Of a DNA stretch of 64,000 nt, positions 1-9,436 are shown piece by piece; the stretch's first letter is position 1; every line of letters begins with the position of its first letter. This stretch comes from Nitrospirota bacterium (GTDB taxonomy: Bacteria > Nitrospirota > Nitrospiria > 2-01-FULL-66-17): contig JBMOMC010000001.1 in NCBI GenBank assembly GCA_049325335.1, positions 404,093 through 468,092 on the forward strand, given 5' to 3'. A model generated the notes under the pieces. It worked only from the letters and a program-made list of their open reading frames with translations, had not been told where the DNA came from and did no database searches. A program made the translations under genes and the position numbers.

Positions 1-1163
1 GGTTCGTTCGATCCGTCGTACAGGTCCCAGAGCACCGCCGCCACCGCCACTTCACTGGTCGTGTAGACCCCGTGGGTCTCCAACGGCGTCCCGATCGTGG
101 TTAAGAGATCCGAATGCGGCGTCTCAATCTCAAAGGAGTAGCTATCGGGATGGTCTGGATGATCGGGATCACCGCCTCGCGAATTGACCATATAACTACT
201 GCGCGGCAGTCGTTCCCGGTCCCGCACCGCCGCCGAGAAAAACGTGGCCCACCCTTCGGACCAGGCCAGCCGAATGTCCTGGGCATTGTCGTTTAAATAG
301 TGCGGGCCACCGGCTTCAGCGGCTTTCGAAAAACTGTACGACATAAAGTGGCCGAATTCATGGAGGATGACGTCATCATCGTATTCATCGTGATCCCCCT
401 CATCCGGCCCTCCGCCCTCTCCGCCGGACAACTCGATGCCCGCCAGCGCCTGCGACGTCGCGGTCGGATCATCCGCCACAAAGTAGGTCCCCACGGTCCC
501 GCTGCCGAACGCAGTCCCCGGCGTCCACCCCAGGACCAGTTCGGCGGTGGGCGGACGACCGGCCATGGCCACCGCGGCCTCGGCGCCGCGAACCGCTACG
601 TCCAAAATATTAAACGCGCCCGCGATCGGGAAATCCACCCGCCCGGCCAACTGTGCGGTGACTGGGACGGCCATGTCGCGGTCGAACACGCCGGGTACCG
701 TGCCGTTAAACTCCCCCCCGGCCCAGCTATACAGGCTCCACTGCGGACTCTGAATGTCGTCGACCACCGCAAGATTGAATCGTTTTGGGTCGGTCCTTGA
801 TACCACACGAGGATACACGGTCGGGAAATCGGCCGGGACATTCCTCACCTGCATACAGTAGTTGCCGTTGACATCGGTGTACCCTGACGAGACGACGTGG
901 CCGTCGATCGCGAGGACGACTTCCACCTTCGCGTACCGGATCGGCCTGACATCTCGCGCTCCGGTTAGTCCCTGCTGGTTGTAGAGTCGTTTGACGAAGG
1001 TCGCCTTCCCGCCGAGCATGACCCCGTCCCCGCGGCAAATCAGCTCCGTGGTCGGGGTCCCTCCTCCGGGGCTCCCGCAGCCGGTCAGTATGGCGACGAC
1101 GCAGACCGCAACCCGGGCGCCGAGCGGCTTACCGCGGGTCTCGAAATTCAATAACCGGTTCAC
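1..1163 (-). CDS. Lipoprotein zinc metallopeptidase-like protein (gluzincin-type); 3' end runs off the window
   Basis: Manual translation from GTG 1163: MNRLLNFETRGKPLGARVAVCVVAILTG-C (lipobox) ... DHDEYDDDVILHEFGH (HExxH, 362-348) ... AWSEGWATFF ... EVAVAAVLWDLYD. No stop before the window edge, hence missing from the ORF track. Confidence 0.8.
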   Translation of the reverse strand, partial: MNRLLNFETRGKPLGARVAVCVVAILTGCGSPGGGTPTTELICRGDGVMLGGKATFVKRLYNQQGLTGARDVRPIRYAKVEVVLAIDGHVVSSGYTDVNGNYCMQVRNVPADFPTVYPRVVSRTDPKRFNLAVVDDIQSPQWSLYSWAGGEFNGTVPGVFDRDMAVPVTAQLAGRVDFPIAGAFNILDVAVRGAEAAVAMAGRPPTAELVLGWTPGTAFGSGTVGTYFVADDPTATSQALAGIELSGGEGGGPDEGDHDEYDDDVILHEFGHFMSYSFSKAAEAGGPHYLNDNAQDIRLAWSEGWATFFSAAVRDRERLPRSSYMVNSRGGDPDHPDHPDSYSFEIETPHSDLLTTIGTPLETHGVYTTSEVAVAAVLWDLYDGSNE

Positions 1164-1662
1164 CGGAGAGGGTTTTCTTGGGAGGCGCGAGGCCAAGGCT
1201 CTGCTTGGATCGTCCATCCAAATTCAGCGACAGCGACCGCATGTCTCCCAGCACGGTCCCGTCGGGAAACTCGATCCGCGCGCGCCCCCGGATGACGGCC
1301 GGTGCGGCGCGGCGCGGGCGTACGGTCACGGTCAGAACCCGGCTCTCGTGCGCCTGTGCCGCCCCGGTCCACGTGAGATCACCCGCCACAAGGTCCACCT
1401 GGTCCGGCAACGTGATGCTCAGGGACAGGCGTTCCGCGTTGATCGCGGGGGTGGCGGTCAGCGTGACCGTGAGATCGACGTCCACCGCCGCGGAGCCGGA
1501 CGATTCCAGCGCCACGGAAATCGGCACCGACGGCATGGTCGCGCGAGCAACGCCGGAACCCGCGGCGTATACCAGGAGCACGATACCAACCACGACGCTC
1601 CGCTGAGCGTACGGGAGGCTCCGCGGCCCCCTTCGACGTTCGGCAGTCTTGTCCACAACCAT
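1129..1662 (-). CDS. Secreted hypothetical protein, beta-rich (possible Ig-like fold)
   Basis: Signal-peptide-like segment (VVVGIVLLVYAAGSGVARA); GGAGG upstream; 3' end overlaps the start of the peptidase gene. Confidence 0.65.
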   Translation of the reverse strand: MVVDKTAERRRGPRSLPYAQRSVVVGIVLLVYAAGSGVARATMPSVPISVALESSGSAAVDVDLTVTLTATPAINAERLSLSITLPDQVDLVAGDLTWTGAAQAHESRVLTVTVRPRRAAPAVIRGRARIEFPDGTVLGDMRSLSLNLDGRSKQSLGLAPPKKTLSGEPVIEFRDPR

Positions 1663-1812
1663 CTAGACCCCTCCCTTTTGCCGTTTATTCAGGCCTATTG
1701 GCCCGCTCCGACCTCAAACCCGCCGTATTTTGCGGCCCCGCGTTCGGCCGCAGTATATCCCAGGCGCGCCGTTGACTTCACCGGAAGACTTCTCATAAGC
1801 TGAAGCCATCTC

Positions 1813-3702
1813 ATGGCCGTCCATCCTCCGCTCGGACGCCACCGCTTGGTCCGCCGGTTGGTCCTGCCGTATGCCTTGTTGATTATCGGCACCTTGGCGG
1901 TGAGCGGGTGGTTCTTCTACGGCGCGGCGCAAGACGCGCTGGACCAAGAACTCACCAAACGACTCCTGACCGTGGCGCAAACCGTTCGATCCACGATTAA
2001 CCCCCGGTATCTCATGCAGATGCGTCCCGGCAGCGAGGGCACCACGTTGTATGCGCTGTTGTTGGCCGACCTCCAACGCGTGCAGCACGCCGCCAACGCC
2101 AGCCACATTTTCGTCTTGGACGACCAGCACCGGATGTTGTTGGACGCCAACGAACGCACGCCGATCGGACGTGAATACCTCCTGGTCAAACTGGACACAC
2201 CAGAATGGACTGACGTGTGGCGCGGCCGGTCCGCCGCCTCTCGCCTCTATCGCGGTCAGGACAGCCGATATTATAAGTCCGGTTATGCCCCGTTGCTGGA
2301 CCAAAACGGGTCGGCGGTCGCGGTGGTCGGCGTGGAAGCGGGCGCGGATTTCTTTGACGCGCTGTCGGTCACCAAGCGTCAGGTCGCGTGGACCGTGGCC
2401 GGCAGTCTGCTGATCCTTCTGTCCATCGGCTGGTGGTTGTCCCGCTCGATTCTCCGACCGCTGACGGTCCTGGTCTCGGCCATGGACCGGGTGGGCCAAG
2501 GCGAGGCCCCCGCCAAAATCGAGAGTCTGAAACACGACGAAATCGGCTACCTCGGCCGTCGGTTCAATGAAATGGTCGATGCCTTGGCTGAAAAAGACCG
2601 CCTGCTGACCGAGCTCTACCAACACGAACGACAACGCGCCGACCGACACCGCGGATACAGCGACTTTCTCCTGCGCAGCATGACGACCGGCGTGATCGGC
2701 GTGGACTTCGCGGGTCGGTTGACCAGCGTGAACCCGGCGGCGCTGGATATCCTCGATCTCTCGATCGAGGAAACCGGCGCCGCGCTCGACGCGGTGTTGG
2801 AACCCGATCATCCGATCATGCGGATCTTGGACGAGACGCTCGCCGGTCAGCCCGCGCAGGCCAGACAGGAACTCCACATCCAGACGCGAACCGGACGTTC
2901 AAAGTGGGTCGGGGTCCACACCGCGCCGTTGCACGACCTGGACGGGATGTTGATCGGCGCGTCGGCCTTGCTGACCGATGTCACCGCGGTCCGAAAACTC
3001 CAAGACGAGATCAGGAGAAAAGACCGGTTGGCGGCCATCGGCCAGTTGAGCGCCGGCATCGCGCACGAAATTCGCAACCCGCTGGCCGCCATCGAGGGGT
3101 TTTCCGAACTGTTGGCGCGCCGAGTCCCGGACGAAGGCGCCCGCGTGCTGCTGGACGAGATCGTCCAGGAAGTCCGCCATCTCAATCGGATCGTCTCGGA
3201 CTTTCTCACCTTCGCGCGCGAACCGCAACTGCACTGCGAGCCGACGGACGTGGGCCAACTCGTCGACGGGACCTTAAGCTTGCTGCTCTCCACGCACGCA
3301 AAACCCATCACGCTGGCCGGCAATCTTCCCCAACACCTGCCGCCGGTGGCGTTGGACCCGAATGAATTCCGGCGCGTGCTCGTCAACATCCTCCGGAACG
3401 CGTTGGAGGCCATGCCCGATGGCGGCACGTTGCACGTCTCGGCCGATCTCTCCGACGAGTGGTTGACCGTGACGATCCGGGACAGCGGTCCCGGCATCCC
3501 CGAACACGTCAAAGAACAGATCTTCACGCCGTTCTTTACCACGAAAGACGAAGGCACGGGCTTGGGCTTGGCGATCGCCCACAAAATCATCGAAGGACAC
3601 CGCGGCATCATCGATGTGGAGAGTACGCCCGGCGTCGGGTCGGCCTTCACCATCCGCATTCCCGTGGAAAGGGTTCCCCATGAAACGCATTCTCATCGTT
3701 GA
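1813..3702 (+). CDS. Membrane sensor histidine kinase (TM-periplasmic-TM-HAMP-PAS-HisKA-HATPase), NtrB/AtoS/PilS-like
   Basis: AHEIRNPL H-box, NALEAM N-box, DSGPGI and GTGLGLAI G-boxes, HAMP DEIGYL. Confidence 0.95.
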   Translation: MAVHPPLGRHRLVRRLVLPYALLIIGTLAVSGWFFYGAAQDALDQELTKRLLTVAQTVRSTINPRYLMQMRPGSEGTTLYALLLADLQRVQHAANASHIFVLDDQHRMLLDANERTPIGREYLLVKLDTPEWTDVWRGRSAASRLYRGQDSRYYKSGYAPLLDQNGSAVAVVGVEAGADFFDALSVTKRQVAWTVAGSLLILLSIGWWLSRSILRPLTVLVSAMDRVGQGEAPAKIESLKHDEIGYLGRRFNEMVDALAEKDRLLTELYQHERQRADRHRGYSDFLLRSMTTGVIGVDFAGRLTSVNPAALDILDLSIEETGAALDAVLEPDHPIMRILDETLAGQPAQARQELHIQTRTGRSKWVGVHTAPLHDLDGMLIGASALLTDVTAVRKLQDEIRRKDRLAAIGQLSAGIAHEIRNPLAAIEGFSELLARRVPDEGARVLLDEIVQEVRHLNRIVSDFLTFAREPQLHCEPTDVGQLVDGTLSLLLSTHAKPITLAGNLPQHLPPVALDPNEFRRVLVNILRNALEAMPDGGTLHVSADLSDEWLTVTIRDSGPGIPEHVKEQIFTPFFTTKDEGTGLGLAIAHKIIEGHRGIIDVESTPGVGSAFTIRIPVERVPHETHSHR

Positions 3703-5029
3703 CGACAAAGCCTCCATGCGCCACATGCTCCGGCAGGTCTTTCAAGTCCCGGGCTTCGAGGTGGTGGAGGCCGGAGACGGGGATGACGCCTTAACCAGAC
3801 TCCGCGAGGGCTCGATCGACCTGGTTATTACCGACGTCAAAATGCCCAAAGCCGACGGGCTCACCGTGCTCAAAGAGTGTCGGACCGTGTTGCCGCGAAC
3901 CCCCGTGATCGTCATGACCGCGTACGGCACGATCGAGCAAGCCGTGGAAACGATTCGACAAGGCGCGTTCGATTACATCGTGAAACCCTTCTCTATCAGC
4001 GAGATCGAGCTGAAAGCGCAACGCGCGTTCGATCAGGCGCGCCTGTTGTCGGAAAACGACTATTTAAAGGAAACCATCTCGCGCCAAGTCGGCCGCATGA
4101 TCGGACGCAGCGAGAAAATGCAGCAGGTCTACCGATTGATCCGCAAGGTCGCGACCGGTTCTCCCTCGGTCCTGATTTTGGGCGAAAGCGGAACCGGCAA
4201 AGAACTCGTGGCCCGGGAAATCCACCAGCAGAGTCCGCGCGCCGCGCAACCGTTCATCGCGGTCAATTGCGCGGCCCTCTCCGAAGGGTTGCTCGAAAGC
4301 GAGCTGTTCGGCCACGAACGCGGCGCCTTTACTGGCGCGTTGTTTCAAAAAAAAGGCCGATTCGAACTCGCGGACCGGGGCACGTTATTCCTCGATGAGA
4401 TCGCGGAACTCTCGCCCGCGCTTCAAGTCAAACTCCTTCGGGTGCTGCAGGAGAAGACCTTCGAGCGGGTCGGCGGCACCAAGACGCTGACCGCCGACGT
4501 CCGCATCTTGGCCGCGACCAACCGCGAGATCCGCCGGGAAATCGCGGAGCGCCGGTTTCGGGAAGATCTCTATTTTCGTTTGAACGTCGTCACCATCGCG
4601 CTGCCGCCGCTGCGAGAGCGGCTCGACGACATCCCCGAACTCGTGGAATACTTTCTCGCGCGCTATGCGACCGCGCTGCACAAACCGGTCACCCTTGCGC
4701 CGGAAGTGCTCACGGCCCTCATGTCCTACGCATGGCCGGGCAATATCCGTGAGCTGGAAAACCTGATCGAGCGACTCGTGGTGTTGGCCGAAGGTGACCG
4801 CATTGAATACGCGGACCTTCCGGCCGAACTCTTCGGGACCGCGCCGCAACCGCCCTCAACCGACGGCCTCTCCGATCGGATCAATCAACTCGAACGGGAA
4901 ATGATCCGTCGCACCATCGAAGAGTGCGGGCACAACCAGACGCGGGCCGCGAAACTGTTGGGCCTCAAACGCAGCTCGCTCCAATACAAGCTCAAAAAAT
5001 ACGGCCTCCACTCCTCCCCGGCTTCGTAG
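3680..5029 (+). CDS. Sigma-54-dependent response regulator (NtrC family; REC-AAA+-Fis HTH)
   Basis: MKRILIVDD receiver, GESGTGKE, GAFTGA, FLDEI, WPGNIREL, C-terminal HTH; start placed at ATG 3680 overlapping the kinase. Confidence 0.96.
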   Translation: MKRILIVDDKASMRHMLRQVFQVPGFEVVEAGDGDDALTRLREGSIDLVITDVKMPKADGLTVLKECRTVLPRTPVIVMTAYGTIEQAVETIRQGAFDYIVKPFSISEIELKAQRAFDQARLLSENDYLKETISRQVGRMIGRSEKMQQVYRLIRKVATGSPSVLILGESGTGKELVAREIHQQSPRAAQPFIAVNCAALSEGLLESELFGHERGAFTGALFQKKGRFELADRGTLFLDEIAELSPALQVKLLRVLQEKTFERVGGTKTLTADVRILAATNREIRREIAERRFREDLYFRLNVVTIALPPLRERLDDIPELVEYFLARYATALHKPVTLAPEVLTALMSYAWPGNIRELENLIERLVVLAEGDRIEYADLPAELFGTAPQPPSTDGLSDRINQLEREMIRRTIEECGHNQTRAAKLLGLKRSSLQYKLKKYGLHSSPAS

Positions 5030-5076
5030 CCATGGCCCTGTCCGAACACGACCCGCCCCAGCGCCAAGGACGTTCC

Positions 5077-5105
5077 TTGACAGCGGACCCGGCTCGCGCG
5101 ACAAT
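5077..5105 (+). promoter_or_regulatory. Putative sigma70 promoter of the cytochrome c gene
   Basis: TTGACA-17 bp-GACAAT, 7 nt before ATG 5113. Confidence 0.55.
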
Positions 5106-5112
5106 TTTTCGC

Positions 5113-5454
5113 ATGCGGCGTCCTCACCAGCTCGGAAATCTGGTGATCTTCGTCACGACCCTTGGCGGCCTGGCCGTGCCATCCCCAGTGATGGCGGCCG
5201 GAGACGCTGCGCGGGGCAAGACCATTTACGAAAAAAACTGCCTGGGTTGCCACGGCCGGACCGGACACGGCGTGGGCGGGGCCACCCCCAACCTCGCGGA
5301 TCCCGACCGGATGTCGGCCCTGACCGACCAACATCTCTACCAGACCGTGACCCAAGGCCGGCCAGGAACCGGCATGCCGTCGTGGAGCACGGTCCTGAGC
5401 GACCAAGACCGCTGGCACGTGGTCGCCTACGTGCGCACCCTGTCCGCTCGTTAG
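5113..5454 (+). CDS. Monohaem class I cytochrome c
   Basis: Signal peptide, CLGCH haem motif, GMPSW distal Met, 'LSDQDRWHVVAYVRTL'. Confidence 0.9.
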   Translation: MRRPHQLGNLVIFVTTLGGLAVPSPVMAAGDAARGKTIYEKNCLGCHGRTGHGVGGATPNLADPDRMSALTDQHLYQTVTQGRPGTGMPSWSTVLSDQDRWHVVAYVRTLSAR

Positions 5455-5473
5455 ACCAGGAGCGCGGAGCCGT

Positions 5474-5502
5474 TTGACAAGCCAAAAGCCGAATGCTAGC
5501 TT
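5474..5502 (+). promoter_or_regulatory. Putative sigma70 promoter of the RomR-like gene
   Basis: TTGACA-17 bp-TAGCTT with TG extension. Confidence 0.55.
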
Positions 5503-5535
5503 AACGTCCGTCCGACTGTTGTGTGGTATCCGAAC

Positions 5536-6549
5536 ATGAGCACATCCCGACTTCTGGTAATCGACCATGATTCCGCGGTGCAGCAGGCCGTCGAATCCGC
5601 CCTCAATCCCGAAGGCTTTGATGTGACGGCGGTTGCGGATGGATTGAGCGCGTTGGATCTGGCCCTGGCGAGCCCGCCGGACGTGATCTTGGCGGAATAC
5701 CGGATGGAGGGCGTGAATGTTTTTCGCTTCATCGAAAAACTCAAACATAAAAGCGCGCTGAACGGCGTTGCGTTGCTCCTGCTGGTCAATCCGGCGGACA
5801 CGTACGACGAACTGACCCTGCGGTTGGTCGGCGTCACCGAGTTTCTCCGCAAACCCCTGAACCCCAAGGAATTGCTGGATCGCGTCAAGCGGTATCGGCC
5901 GTTTGCAATTCCCGTCCCGGCAGCCCCGGCGGCCATGAACACGGTGCACTCGGAGCCCCAACCGGTCGAGGATTTGCTGGGCTGGTCGCAGGACGCGTCC
6001 CCCTCGCCGTTTTCAGAGTTGTCGCAGGATCAGTCGACGGGTCTGGATTTCGGCCTGGCCCCGCCCGACCAATCGGCGTCAGCGGCCGGTTCCGCTGATG
6101 CCACCGAGTTCTTGGAACGCAATGAGGTCACCCCGAGCGAACATCCCGCGGCGGTGAGCGACACGGAACAAGCCTTTGCGGACCTCGCGCAGGGCGCGTT
6201 GGCCGCGCCGGAACCGGCGTTCGCCGATCCGACGGACTCCCTGTTTCCGCAGGCGGAATCTCCTCGGCCGGCATCGGCCCCCGTGCCCGACACGGCGCAC
6301 CGCCCGGCGGAGCATACCGGGAACGGATCACTGCCGGTCCAACCCGAGGTGATCGAGCGCCTTGCGCACGACGTGGCGCAGCAGGCGGTTGAACGGGTGG
6401 CGTGGGACGTGGTGCCCGACCTCGCGAAGCAATCGCTGGAGCGCATCGTGACCGCGGTGGTCGAACGCGTGGTGTGGGACGTGGTGCCCGCCATCGCCGA
6501 AGCCGCCGTCAAACAGGAAATCGAGCGCCTCACCCGGGATAACGGGTAA
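5536..6549 (+). CDS. RomR-like response regulator (atypical receiver, Pro/acidic linker, WDVVP helical C-terminus)
   Basis: N-terminal REC fold; low-complexity linker; C-terminal ERVAWDVVPDLA/ERVVWDVVPAIAE..EIERL as recalled for RomR; lies directly upstream of valS. Confidence 0.75.
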   Translation: MSTSRLLVIDHDSAVQQAVESALNPEGFDVTAVADGLSALDLALASPPDVILAEYRMEGVNVFRFIEKLKHKSALNGVALLLLVNPADTYDELTLRLVGVTEFLRKPLNPKELLDRVKRYRPFAIPVPAAPAAMNTVHSEPQPVEDLLGWSQDASPSPFSELSQDQSTGLDFGLAPPDQSASAAGSADATEFLERNEVTPSEHPAAVSDTEQAFADLAQGALAAPEPAFADPTDSLFPQAESPRPASAPVPDTAHRPAEHTGNGSLPVQPEVIERLAHDVAQQAVERVAWDVVPDLAKQSLERIVTAVVERVVWDVVPAIAEAAVKQEIERLTRDNG

Positions 6550-6611
6550 CGCACCCGCACATTCCGCTCTCCACATGCATCCCTAACGGGAATTTCCCGC
6601 CCGTCGTTTTC

Positions 6612-6641
6612 TTTACAAGCTTTGCGGCGCGATGGTATGAT
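6612..6641 (+). promoter_or_regulatory. Putative sigma70 promoter of the valS operon
   Basis: TTTACA-18 bp-TATGAT with TG extension. Confidence 0.55.
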
Positions 6642-6667
6642 GGCCGCGATTTCGCCCCCGCAGAGTC

Positions 6668-9436
6668 ATGTCCGATCTCGACACGGTCTATCAACCGAAA
6701 GATGTCGAAGCGCGCTGGTCGCGCCTTTGGCTTGAGCGCGACGTGTTTCGGGCCGACCCGGCGTCACCGGGCGCGCCCTACTGCATCGTTATCCCGCCGC
6801 CCAACGTCACGGGTTCGCTGCACGTCGGCCACGCGCTGAACAACACGCTGCAGGACATCCTCGTTCGCTGGCACCGGATGCGCGGCGACGCCACGCTGTG
6901 GCAGCCCGGAACGGACCACGCCGGCATCGCGACCCAGAACGTGGTCGAGCGTCAACTCAAAGCCGAAGGGTTGTCCCGGGACGACCTGGACCGGGAGCAA
7001 TTCATCGAACGCGTCTGGGCGTGGCGCAAGGAATCCGGTGGCCGCATCGTGGAACAGCTCAAACGTCTGGGCGCGTCGTGCGACTGGAGCCGCGAGCGCT
7101 TCACCATGGACGAAGGACTCTCCGCCACGGTGCGCGAGGTCTTCGTTCGCCTGTACCGCGAGGGGCTTATTTATCGGGCCGAGCGTTTGATCAACTGGTG
7201 TTGGCGCTGCGGAACGGCCTTGTCCGACATCGAGGTCGAACATGAGGAAATCGCGGGGAAGATGTACCATATTCGCTATCCCCTCGCCCACGACCCGTCG
7301 CAATCCCTCACCGTGGCCACCACGCGGCCCGAAACCATGCTGGGGGACACCGCGGTCGCCGTCCATCCCGAAGATCCTCGGTTCAACCAGTGGATCGGAC
7401 AGCGGGTCGCGCTGCCGCTGACCACGCGGACAATCCCCATCGTCGGCGATCCGATCTTGGTTGACCGCGAATTCGGAACCGGCGCGGTCAAGATCACTCC
7501 GGGACACGATTTTAACGACGAAAAGGCGGGACGACGGCATGGCCTCGACAGCATCTCACTTCTGAATTCCCGCGGGCGGATCGACCCTTCGAGCTACGCC
7601 GCGGCTCAGATCCTCGATGATCTCGGCGCCCAACTTGCCGACAAACCGGTCAAGGACGCGCGGACACTCGTGGTCGAACGGTTGGAGCGCGACGGCTTGC
7701 TGCTCAAGACCAACGATCACCGCCTCGCGATCGGCAAGTGTTACCGCTGCAAAACCAGCGTCGAGCCGTATGCGTCGCCACAGTGGTTCGTCAACATCAA
7801 CGACCCGGCTCCCGGAAAATCCCTCGCCCAACCCGCGATCGACGCGGTGCGGAACGGGACCATCCGGCTGATTCCGGAAGGCTGGGCCAACAACTACTTC
7901 GGCTGGATGAATCAGATCCAGGACTGGTGCGTGTCCCGGCAAATCTGGTGGGGACACCGCATCCCGGTCTGGTACTGCCGCGCGTGTGATCCCGCGGTCG
8001 CGACAACGGGCGCCGCGATTCACATCGGCCGCGCCGCGTTCCCCATCGTGCCCTCAGTGGATTCGGCTCACCAAGCGCCGACCCGCTGTCCTCGGTGCGG
8101 CACGATGGATCTGGTTCAGGACCCCGACGTGCTCGACACCTGGTTCTCCTCAGCCCTGTGGCCGTTCTCCACTCTGGGCTGGCCCCAACGTACGCCTGAA
8201 CTGGCGCGGTTCTATCCGACTTCGGCGTTGGTCACGAGCTTTGACATCCTGTTCTTCTGGGTCGCGCGAATGATCATGATGGGCCTCAAGTTCATGGGCG
8301 ACGTACCGTTTCGGGACGTGTACATCCACGCGCTGGTGCGGGACGCCGACGGCCAGAAGATGAGCAAGTCCAAGGGCAACGTGATTGACCCGCTCGGCAT
8401 CATGGATCAATACGGCACCGACGCCCTGCGGTTCACGCTGGCCGCAATGGCCTCGCCCGGACGCGACGTGAAACTCTCCGAGCAGCGCATCGAGGGGTAT
8501 CGGAACTTCGCGAACAAACTGTGGAACGCGTCGCGGTTCGTGTTGATCAACGTGGCGGGTCGATCAACGGATGCCGGCCCCGAGCACCGATCGCTTGCCG
8601 ACCGATGGATCACGGTCCGGCTCAATCACGCGATCGACACGGTGACCCGCGATCTGAGCGACTACCGCTTCGATGAAGCCGCCAACCATCTGTACCGCTT
8701 TATCTGGCATGAGTTCTGCGACTGGTACATCGAGCTCGCGAAACCCCGGTTGTCCCCGGATGCCCCGGAGCGCGAGGCCGCCGCAACCCGAGCGACCATG
8801 GTCACCACGTTGGAGACCACGCTGCGGTTGCTCCACCCCTTGATGCCGTTTATTACGGAAGAAATCTGGCAGAAGATTCCCCACGCGGGAGACACGATTG
8901 TCCTCGCTCCCTACCCGCGGCCGGTCGCGATCTCGAACGAGGATCGCGGCCTCGAGGGAATCATGGACGAGATCATCGCCGTGATCACGGCCATCCGGAC
9001 GATGCGAAGCGAGTTAAACGTCCCGCCGGCTCAGAAGCTTCGGGCGGGATTCAGAACCGGCGCGGCGACGGCGGAACGGATTCGGCGTCACGGCGCGGGC
9101 GACATCCTCCGACTGGCCCGCTTGTCGGACTTCCAGGCGGCTCCGGACATGGAGACACCCCACGGTGCCGTCGCTCACGCCACGCCGATCGGCGAAGTAT
9201 TCGTGGTGCTGGAGGGCGTTGACCTCGAAAAGGAACGTACCAGACTCCACAAAAACCTTCGCGAGACCCAGGCCGAATTGTTACGAATCGAGACCAAGCT
9301 GAAGAACCCGCAGTTCACCGCGAAAGCTCCGCCTGACGTCATTGCGGATCATGATCGCCGCCGCGCGGAACTGTGCGAACAGCATCGCACGCTCTCGGAG
9401 CAACTCGCCAGACTTGGCGGGAGCGGCTCGCCGTGA
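6668..9436 (+). CDS. valS: Valine--tRNA ligase
   Basis: PPPNVTGSLHVGH, KMSKS, DWCVSRQIWWGH, C-terminal coiled coil. Confidence 0.98.
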   Translation: MSDLDTVYQPKDVEARWSRLWLERDVFRADPASPGAPYCIVIPPPNVTGSLHVGHALNNTLQDILVRWHRMRGDATLWQPGTDHAGIATQNVVERQLKAEGLSRDDLDREQFIERVWAWRKESGGRIVEQLKRLGASCDWSRERFTMDEGLSATVREVFVRLYREGLIYRAERLINWCWRCGTALSDIEVEHEEIAGKMYHIRYPLAHDPSQSLTVATTRPETMLGDTAVAVHPEDPRFNQWIGQRVALPLTTRTIPIVGDPILVDREFGTGAVKITPGHDFNDEKAGRRHGLDSISLLNSRGRIDPSSYAAAQILDDLGAQLADKPVKDARTLVVERLERDGLLLKTNDHRLAIGKCYRCKTSVEPYASPQWFVNINDPAPGKSLAQPAIDAVRNGTIRLIPEGWANNYFGWMNQIQDWCVSRQIWWGHRIPVWYCRACDPAVATTGAAIHIGRAAFPIVPSVDSAHQAPTRCPRCGTMDLVQDPDVLDTWFSSALWPFSTLGWPQRTPELARFYPTSALVTSFDILFFWVARMIMMGLKFMGDVPFRDVYIHALVRDADGQKMSKSKGNVIDPLGIMDQYGTDALRFTLAAMASPGRDVKLSEQRIEGYRNFANKLWNASRFVLINVAGRSTDAGPEHRSLADRWITVRLNHAIDTVTRDLSDYRFDEAANHLYRFIWHEFCDWYIELAKPRLSPDAPEREAAATRATMVTTLETTLRLLHPLMPFITEEIWQKIPHAGDTIVLAPYPRPVAISNEDRGLEGIMDEIIAVITAIRTMRSELNVPPAQKLRAGFRTGAATAERIRRHGAGDILRLARLSDFQAAPDMETPHGAVAHATPIGEVFVVLEGVDLEKERTRLHKNLRETQAELLRIETKLKNPQFTAKAPPDVIADHDRRRAELCEQHRTLSEQLARLGGSGSP

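Noticed and set aside
1663..1812. Sigma54 (-24/-12) promoter for the adjacent NtrC-family regulator
   Set aside because: No convincing TGGCAC-N5-TTGC on either strand.
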